A stretch of 64,000 bases of DNA from an uncultured delta proteobacterium (GTDB taxonomy: Bacteria; Desulfobacterota; Desulfobacteria; Desulfobacterales; JAFDCJ01), in assembly GCA_963769935.1 (NCBI GenBank), contig CAVYNY010000007.1, forward strand, positions 192,001-256,000, read 5' to 3'. A program made the translations under genes and the position numbers. Position 1 is the first letter of the stretch. Every line of letters starts with the position of its first letter. The notes beneath the pieces were generated by a model, which saw only the letters and a program-made list of their open reading frames with translations, ran no database searches and was not told where the DNA came from. Positions 58,188-64,000 of the stretch are shown piece by piece.

Positions 58188-58822
58188 ATATAAACTAAGG
58201 AATCCGGGTGTTAAAAAAGCACATAGCAGTTAGCAAAATATTCACTTTATTAAAAAATGGCTGTATGAACTAGAATTTTGGTGGTTTCGAATTAATTGCG
58301 ATAGAAGACGCATATCCCCCGTTTCACCGCCAGTATGCGATATAACAATATATTGTGCCGGACCACTGGCTCTAAAAATCATAACCCGTATATTTTTTTT
58401 CATACAATTTCCATATTTCCATAATTTCAGGGTTAGGCATGCAAACTTTTAGACAAACCAAGATTTGTTTTATTAGCTGATGCAATATGCAATCAGACTC
58501 CTCGAAGACTGTGGGGTGCATATTGGACTGGGGCAGGGATGACCTTGAGGGCTGATCGAAGGAACAAAATCCCTTCTGTCAAATAAAGAAATATCCTGAA
58601 AAACGCACAGAAAAGTATATTCCACCGGAAAACGATTTTTGGAAAGTCTTTAATTAAGCATAAGGCGACAGCCATGAACGGGTCCAGGGCCGTTAGATGC
58701 TTATCTCTTTATTGCATCTTGCCGGTTGAAGAATCGAGATATTCGGCTTCAAACTGTCCGATCTGGATTTTCCCAACAGTAAAGTTATGTTTTGAAGCCG
58801 AAGGCCGGAGTCCAATTTTGTA

Positions 58823-60085
58823 TTATCGTCTGTAATAGGATAGGACTTTTGTAATTGATGAGGCCATTGCCTCTGAATGCTGGGAAGTGAAACCTTCGTT
58901 CCAAACGATATAAATTGTTTCTCTGCAATGTTTTTCTGCCACCGGGCACAAGCCTTCTTCGAATCTATATTCCCCCCAAACTCCACTGAGGGGGAATCCG
59001 GATTTTCCAAACGTCATTCGATCACGCAAAACTTTATATAAGTAAAGAGGCCGATCTAAATAGCCACAATGTGCAGGGAGACCCTCCGCATTGAGAGCTT
59101 TTACAATGTCTGAAATTGGTACTCGAAACACTTGAGGATCAAGCCGGAACGTATAAGCATAGTAACTACAAAAGCCTCCGTCAACAATGCGCTGCGGATA
59201 TACCCCTATTTCGCTGCCAATTAATGCCGAGAGCAAGTTTGCGGAGCTACTTCTATCGACTACCACCTTATCAAGTTTGGGTAATTGTGCGAGGCCCACA
59301 GCAGCTTGGAGCTCAGTCATATGGTAGTTCGGAGCAAGAAAGAGGTGATCGCGCCACTCGTCACGCGGCCATCCCTTGTCAGCACACAGCCGAAGTTCGC
59401 GTCCAAAGGCCTTATCCTTTCTGGCTATGACGAGACCGCCGTCTCCCGTTGTAATGTGTTTAGATTGCTGGAGGCTAAAACATCCAAGGTCCCCTATGGT
59501 CCCTACAATTCTATTCTGATATTTAGCGAGAAAGGCTTGGGCACAGTCCTCAATCACGGCAATTTTATGCCTGTGTGCGATGTCCATTATTGGATCCATG
59601 TCACAAGGAGCTCCAAAAATATGGGTAACGATTATCGCTTTCGTTCGTGGGGTGATACGATCTTCAATGAGTCGTGGGGACATGGTAAAAGTTTCTTCGT
59701 CAATGTCTACAAATACTGGGATATTTGCCTGGTATAGGACTGGAATTACGGTTCCCATGTCGGTGATGGGGGAAGCCAGTATTTCATCCCCCGGCTCGGT
59801 GTTGAGAGAGATCAATGCCGCGTGTATTGCAGCGGTGCCGCTGCTTGTGGCTATAGTAAATGGAACACCGAATTTCTTGGCGAAATTTGCTTCAAATTGA
59901 CGAACTTTAGTGCCATATATATACGCGAGGGTTCCAGAGTCCAGCACCTCTTTGACGGCCTCCAACTCTTCTTCTCCTATGGTTCTCCCTGAGCGGTTTT
60001 TGTGGGTTGGCAATGGCCCCTTTATGGCCTTCTCTCCACCAAAGATCGCTAACTGCTCTTGTCTGTTTTGCATCTTACCTCCCAT
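58823..60085 (-). CDS. DegT/DnrJ/EryC1/StrS PLP-dependent aminotransferase
   Basis: SSGTAAIH, IEDCAQA and FSLQQSKHITTGDGG (PLP Lys). Confidence 0.92.
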   Translation of the reverse strand: MGGKMQNRQEQLAIFGGEKAIKGPLPTHKNRSGRTIGEEELEAVKEVLDSGTLAYIYGTKVRQFEANFAKKFGVPFTIATSSGTAAIHAALISLNTEPGDEILASPITDMGTVIPVLYQANIPVFVDIDEETFTMSPRLIEDRITPRTKAIIVTHIFGAPCDMDPIMDIAHRHKIAVIEDCAQAFLAKYQNRIVGTIGDLGCFSLQQSKHITTGDGGLVIARKDKAFGRELRLCADKGWPRDEWRDHLFLAPNYHMTELQAAVGLAQLPKLDKVVVDRSSSANLLSALIGSEIGVYPQRIVDGGFCSYYAYTFRLDPQVFRVPISDIVKALNAEGLPAHCGYLDRPLYLYKVLRDRMTFGKSGFPLSGVWGEYRFEEGLCPVAEKHCRETIYIVWNEGFTSQHSEAMASSITKVLSYYRR

Positions 60086-60171
60086 GCACAGTAAAATACT
60101 TTTGTTTTTCGTTAAAAAAGTCTAATGCAAAAACTGAATTATCAGTACCACAATGAGTATATTTTAATCCA

Positions 60172-61005
60172 TTATTTAAGACCCGAAAGGGCTATGCCGC
60201 GTATCATATACTTCTGCGAGATTATATACGCGATTAACATGGGGCCAGTGGAGAGCACGGTGGCCGCCATTAAGGGTCCATAGTTTATATTTCCATAAGG
60301 ATCCTTGAACAGGGCGAGCCCCACGGGGATCGTTCGCATGTTAGGTGAGTTTATTACGATTACTGGCCAAAGAAAATCGTTCCAACACTCCAGAAAAAGG
60401 ATCATTGCCACTGTTGCTATGATGGTCTTGACCAGCGGGGCGATGATGGTCAAAACGATACGAATTTCTCCCGCACCATCCATCCGCGCTGCCTCGATTA
60501 GATCCACGGGAATTGCTTTAATCCCCTGCCGGAGCATAAATACGCCGAAAGCGCTGGCGAAGTTCGGGGCCAAGATCCCTTGATAGGTATCCACCCAGCC
60601 GATTTTTGATAGCAAAACATACAAGGCAACGGATGTAACTTGGACCGGCACCATAAGCGTTCCCAAAATTAGGATAAAAAAGAAGTTTTGCAGAGGAAAG
60701 CGATAAACGGCGAACGCATACCCAGCGAATAATCCGAACAGGAGTGAACAGGTGACGGAGACAAAAGCAACGACGAAGCTGTTCCAGTAGTAGGTCAGCC
60801 ATGGAGCCTTTTCATAAGCTTCAATGAAGTGATGAATTGTCAGATGGGTTGGAATCCACTTGGGTGGAAAGGAGATGATGTCCTGCGCAGGACTGAAGGC
60901 GGTAATCAGCATCCAATAAAATGGACAGATCATCAGCACCGCCACGATACTAGCGATAAGGTAGAAATTCAAATTCCTAAGGCCCTTTACAATTGAACTC
61001 ACCAT
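60172..61005 (-). CDS. Carbohydrate ABC transporter permease (MalG-like)
   Basis: EAARMDGA and WNDFLWP. Confidence 0.93.
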   Translation of the reverse strand: MVSSIVKGLRNLNFYLIASIVAVLMICPFYWMLITAFSPAQDIISFPPKWIPTHLTIHHFIEAYEKAPWLTYYWNSFVVAFVSVTCSLLFGLFAGYAFAVYRFPLQNFFFILILGTLMVPVQVTSVALYVLLSKIGWVDTYQGILAPNFASAFGVFMLRQGIKAIPVDLIEAARMDGAGEIRIVLTIIAPLVKTIIATVAMILFLECWNDFLWPVIVINSPNMRTIPVGLALFKDPYGNINYGPLMAATVLSTGPMLIAYIISQKYMIRGIALSGLK

Positions 61006-61017
61006 GTCCTTAACCCC

Positions 61018-61932
61018 TCAATATGTGACTTCAAAGCGCTTAGAGTAAACGTGTTGCAACATCGTGATTACCAATATAAAAATGAAGAGGACCATAGCCT
61101 CGGCTGCAGCTAGGCCGAAGTTGAAACGCTGAAACGCCTGCCGGTACAACTCCAAAACGACTACGTTGGTTGAATTGGCAGGACCCCCTCCAGTCAATAC
61201 AAAGACCTGATCGAAGACCTGGAAAGCGAGAATACTGTTATAGATCAAAATAAACGTTGTCGTGGGAGCTAAAAGCGGTACTGTGACGTGCCAAAAGCGC
61301 TGAAAGGCGCCGGCCCCATCGATGGTGGCTGCTTCGTAAAACTGTGCCGGGATGGCCTGAAGCCCAGCTAGGTAGATAATCATATTGTAGCCCAGGGTTT
61401 TCCAGATGCTAAAAATGATGATGGAAGTGAGCGCCGTATGGCTGGACATCAGCCAGGACTGAGGCTCAATATGCAACAGACGAAGGACGACATTAAAAAG
61501 TCCGAACTGGGGATTATATAGCCACCACCAGACCATTGCGGCGGCTACCGTGCTTGTTACCATGGGTGAGAAATAGATCGCCTTAAAGACAGACTGGAAC
61601 CGGAACTTGGAGTTGAAAATGACGGCCAACAATAGCCCGAGGGTGGCCGAGGTGGGGACGATGGCCGCGACGTACACCAAGGTGTTTAATGTTGCCCCGC
61701 GGAAGATCTCATCCGTGAGAAGAGATCGAAAGTTATCTAACCCGATGAAGGTAAATTGTCTCCGAAGCAATTCAACTTTGTAAAAGCTGTAGAGCAGGGT
61801 CTGGATGGAGGGGACTACCCGAAACAGACCGAAGAACAAAATGACAGGCGCGATAAAAAGGTAGGCATGGAAAATGCGTCTTGAGCGGAGGGTGGCCAAA
61901 GTATGCGCCACTGATTGTTTATGCTTACCCAA
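61018..61932 (-). CDS. Carbohydrate ABC transporter permease (MalF-like)
   Basis: LAGLQAIP..FYEAATIDGA and FQVFDQV. Confidence 0.93.
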   Translation of the reverse strand: MGKHKQSVAHTLATLRSRRIFHAYLFIAPVILFFGLFRVVPSIQTLLYSFYKVELLRRQFTFIGLDNFRSLLTDEIFRGATLNTLVYVAAIVPTSATLGLLLAVIFNSKFRFQSVFKAIYFSPMVTSTVAAAMVWWWLYNPQFGLFNVVLRLLHIEPQSWLMSSHTALTSIIIFSIWKTLGYNMIIYLAGLQAIPAQFYEAATIDGAGAFQRFWHVTVPLLAPTTTFILIYNSILAFQVFDQVFVLTGGGPANSTNVVVLELYRQAFQRFNFGLAAAEAMVLFIFILVITMLQHVYSKRFEVTY

Positions 61933-61966
61933 TTTCTTTGTACTCCCGGGTTTCGAGTTTCAAAGA

Positions 61967-61996
61967 GCTGCCCCAGGGGAACCTCCCTGGGGCAGC
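61967..61996 (-). other. Intercistronic stem-loop between SBP and permease genes
   Basis: GCTGCCCCAGGG-GAACCT-CCCTGGGGCAGC, a perfect 12-bp stem without a U-tract. Confidence 0.75.
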
Positions 61997-62003
61997 AGCC
62001 AGT

Positions 62004-63299
62004 CTATTTAGCGGCGTCAGCGATAGCTTTGTTGCCCAGTCGTTCCGCATCAGCGAGTGCCTCATCAACGGAAGCCTCGTGATGCCAAACTTTCTGGATG
62101 GCAGAACCGAGTGCATCAAAGATGCCATTGAGTCCGAGGTTATTTGGATAAGATATCCCGCAAAGGTAGAGAGGCTTTAGGCTTTGATCGTATGGATCGG
62201 ACCTGAAGGGCTCCTTATCCCAGTTTTCCATGTACAGGGGTGTTGCATCATACTTTTTGGCTAGTTCGTAGTCCTTCTGTGGGCTGTTTAGCCATTCAAG
62301 GGCCTTCCAGGCCAGCTCTTTATTTGTGGCCTGCCTCGGCACAACATACATCCAGGCGCCCATAAGAGTCACATGCTTATCTCCAGCGTGGGGTACGGGC
62401 GGTAAAGCTACCCCCCACTTCAGATCTGGAGCATCTCTGGGCTGTTGAGCCTTGATGCTCACGGTCTCGCTGATTTGCATGGAGGCGATACCGCTGATAA
62501 AGGCGGCGCGGGGATCCGGAAAGTTCAGGCTCGTTGATCCGTCCACGTCCAACATGTCCAAAATGAGTTGAAGCGCGGATTTACCGGCCGCATTGTTATA
62601 CATCGTTTTGCCTCCGCGCAGAGCCAACGGATCGTTGACCAATGCAGCGCCTGCCCCATAAATGGCCCACCAGTGCTTGTGAACGATCCCATGGGGATGC
62701 CCTACATGCCGGATGGCATACCCCACCCGCGTAATGTTGCCTTGACTGTCTCTTTTGGTCAATTTCTTGGCATATTCACGAAATTCAGCCCAGGTTACAG
62801 GCGGCCTTTCGGGATCCAGTCCGGCCTCTTCAAAATGCGCCTTATTCCAAGTCAAGCCATAGATCTCAAGGCCGAACTGGGGATAGCCCCACATTAGGCC
62901 ATTGCCGTAATCCGAAAGCGTCCTGACCTCTGGAGCGGTAGCCGCAAGCCAGGCCTTGGCTTTTGCCTCGGATACCGGCTCTAACATATCCTCCTTCAGA
63001 AATCCAGGAATCCAGGACCTGTCAACGAGCAGGATATCGCCTGTTTTCCCTGCCGCCGCACTCGCAAAAAGCTTCTGAATCATCGTGTCATAGTCCAATC
63101 CCACCAGCTGCACTTTACAGTTGTTTTTAGCCTCAAACTCGGCAAACAAGGTCTTGTCCTTGTATGAGGCAGTTCCCGGAGCGATGTCTCCTTCGGGATA
63201 CCACAGGGAAATGGTAGTGGGGCCCGCACTGGCTATCGTTACGAGGGCGAATAAAAAGATGATAGCCAATGTTAAGCACATAGTCTTATGATTTTTCAT
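62004..63299 (-). CDS. Carbohydrate ABC transporter substrate-binding protein
   Basis: Signal peptide, WNK..FEEAGLDP..PP.TW.E; GGAGG RBS. Confidence 0.9.
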   Translation of the reverse strand: MKNHKTMCLTLAIIFLFALVTIASAGPTTISLWYPEGDIAPGTASYKDKTLFAEFEAKNNCKVQLVGLDYDTMIQKLFASAAAGKTGDILLVDRSWIPGFLKEDMLEPVSEAKAKAWLAATAPEVRTLSDYGNGLMWGYPQFGLEIYGLTWNKAHFEEAGLDPERPPVTWAEFREYAKKLTKRDSQGNITRVGYAIRHVGHPHGIVHKHWWAIYGAGAALVNDPLALRGGKTMYNNAAGKSALQLILDMLDVDGSTSLNFPDPRAAFISGIASMQISETVSIKAQQPRDAPDLKWGVALPPVPHAGDKHVTLMGAWMYVVPRQATNKELAWKALEWLNSPQKDYELAKKYDATPLYMENWDKEPFRSDPYDQSLKPLYLCGISYPNNLGLNGIFDALGSAIQKVWHHEASVDEALADAERLGNKAIADAAK

Positions 63300-63846
63300 C
63301 GAAAAGTACCTCCTTTTCAGCCAAGGTTGGCAAGAAAAATTGATTTTATTTGACGGCCCTTGTTTGAGCCATCCCCATACACACCATTATTTCCTGGTCA
63401 ATGATTCATCAGGTCAAGTTTATATTGGGAGATCCTTTTAGTAAATTCTTTGAACTGTATTCATTATCAGGCAATCTTCTTAATGCGATCCCGACGGATC
63501 AAGCCTGGCACTTTGAGCGAAACGGTATTCAACGGGCTCTTGTACCAAAATTATCGCAATGTATACATAACTAGTGTGATATCATGTTCTGATAATCATT
63601 TTTATTAATCCCCTAAAAAATTATTGTCAATACAAAATTTATATAATTTTGTATTCATTTTATGCTTGCTTTTTAATACAATAGCTTTTATTCTTTTTTG
63701 CATTGGCATAATAGGTTATTGTTGCACCTTTAAGAATTATAGGTATTCTTAAATATAGATTATAGACTGGCCGACTATTGGTATGAGAGGAACAACTATT
63801 ACTGGTCACTCAGCCTGGATAGCATGACTTATCGGAGGCACCATAA

Positions 63847-64000
63847 ATGGCAAAAGTTGTGTTGAAAAGTCTTACTAAAAAATACGGCAATGTTGTGGCA
63901 GTAAACAATGTCAATCTTGAGATTTCAGACCGGGAGTTTGTTGTGCTGGTTGGACCTTCCGGCTGTGGCAAAACAACAACCCTGCGGATGATGGCCGGGT
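63847..64000 (+). CDS. Partial sugar ABC transporter ATPase (MalK/UgpC-like), runs off window
   Basis: Own translation [14 protein letters not shown]...[21 protein letters not shown] (Walker A); GGAGG RBS. Confidence 0.9.
   Translation, partial: MAKVVLKSLTKKYGNVVAVNNVNLEISDREFVVLVGPSGCGKTTTLRMMAG

Noticed and set aside
63585..63606. Fur box (TGATAATCATT)
   Set aside because: Partial match in very AT-rich DNA, with no iron-related genes adjacent.

Overview
Bacterial window of moderate GC. Gene content and intergenic repeat style suggest a Desulfobacterota/deltaproteobacterium (inference). It has five blocks. (1) 1-4.6 kb is an accessory patch: the C-terminus of a TPR-S/DUF4071-like protein, an uncharacterised N-domain + TIR gene flanked by ~118-bp imperfect direct repeats, an MFS gene, four transposase-like remnants, an IS4-like MITE, and an MNT/HepT toxin-antitoxin cassette (toxin internally deleted) ending in a solitary attC-like site. 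(2) 4.7-9.6 kb is an MBOAT O-acyltransferase next to a 1164-aa AlgJ/AlgX-like + repeat linker + sialate-O-acetylesterase-like fusion. (3) 10-31.3 kb is an intact 15-gene cluster. It has two Hanks-type Ser/Thr kinases, a PP2C phosphatase, three FHA proteins (one fused to a lytic transglycosylase), four CsgG/TolB-N-fold proteins, a LysM-TPR lipoprotein, a polysaccharide deacetylase, a trypsin-like protease, and beta-propeller and beta-helix lipoproteins. No T6SS, Tad or curli structural genes are present. This is the best candidate for an undescribed phospho-controlled envelope system. (4) 31.3-58.2 kb holds metabolic genes mixed with many truncated, chimeric or frameshifted genes, including a sugar-acid catabolic cluster (LarA-like, kdgK, eda, dehydrogenases, tctCBA, uxaA, FGGY kinase). 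(5) 58.8-64 kb is a DegT aminotransferase with a carbohydrate ABC transporter. No rRNA, tRNA or CRISPR array was recognised. All family calls come from motif recognition by eye, not database searches.
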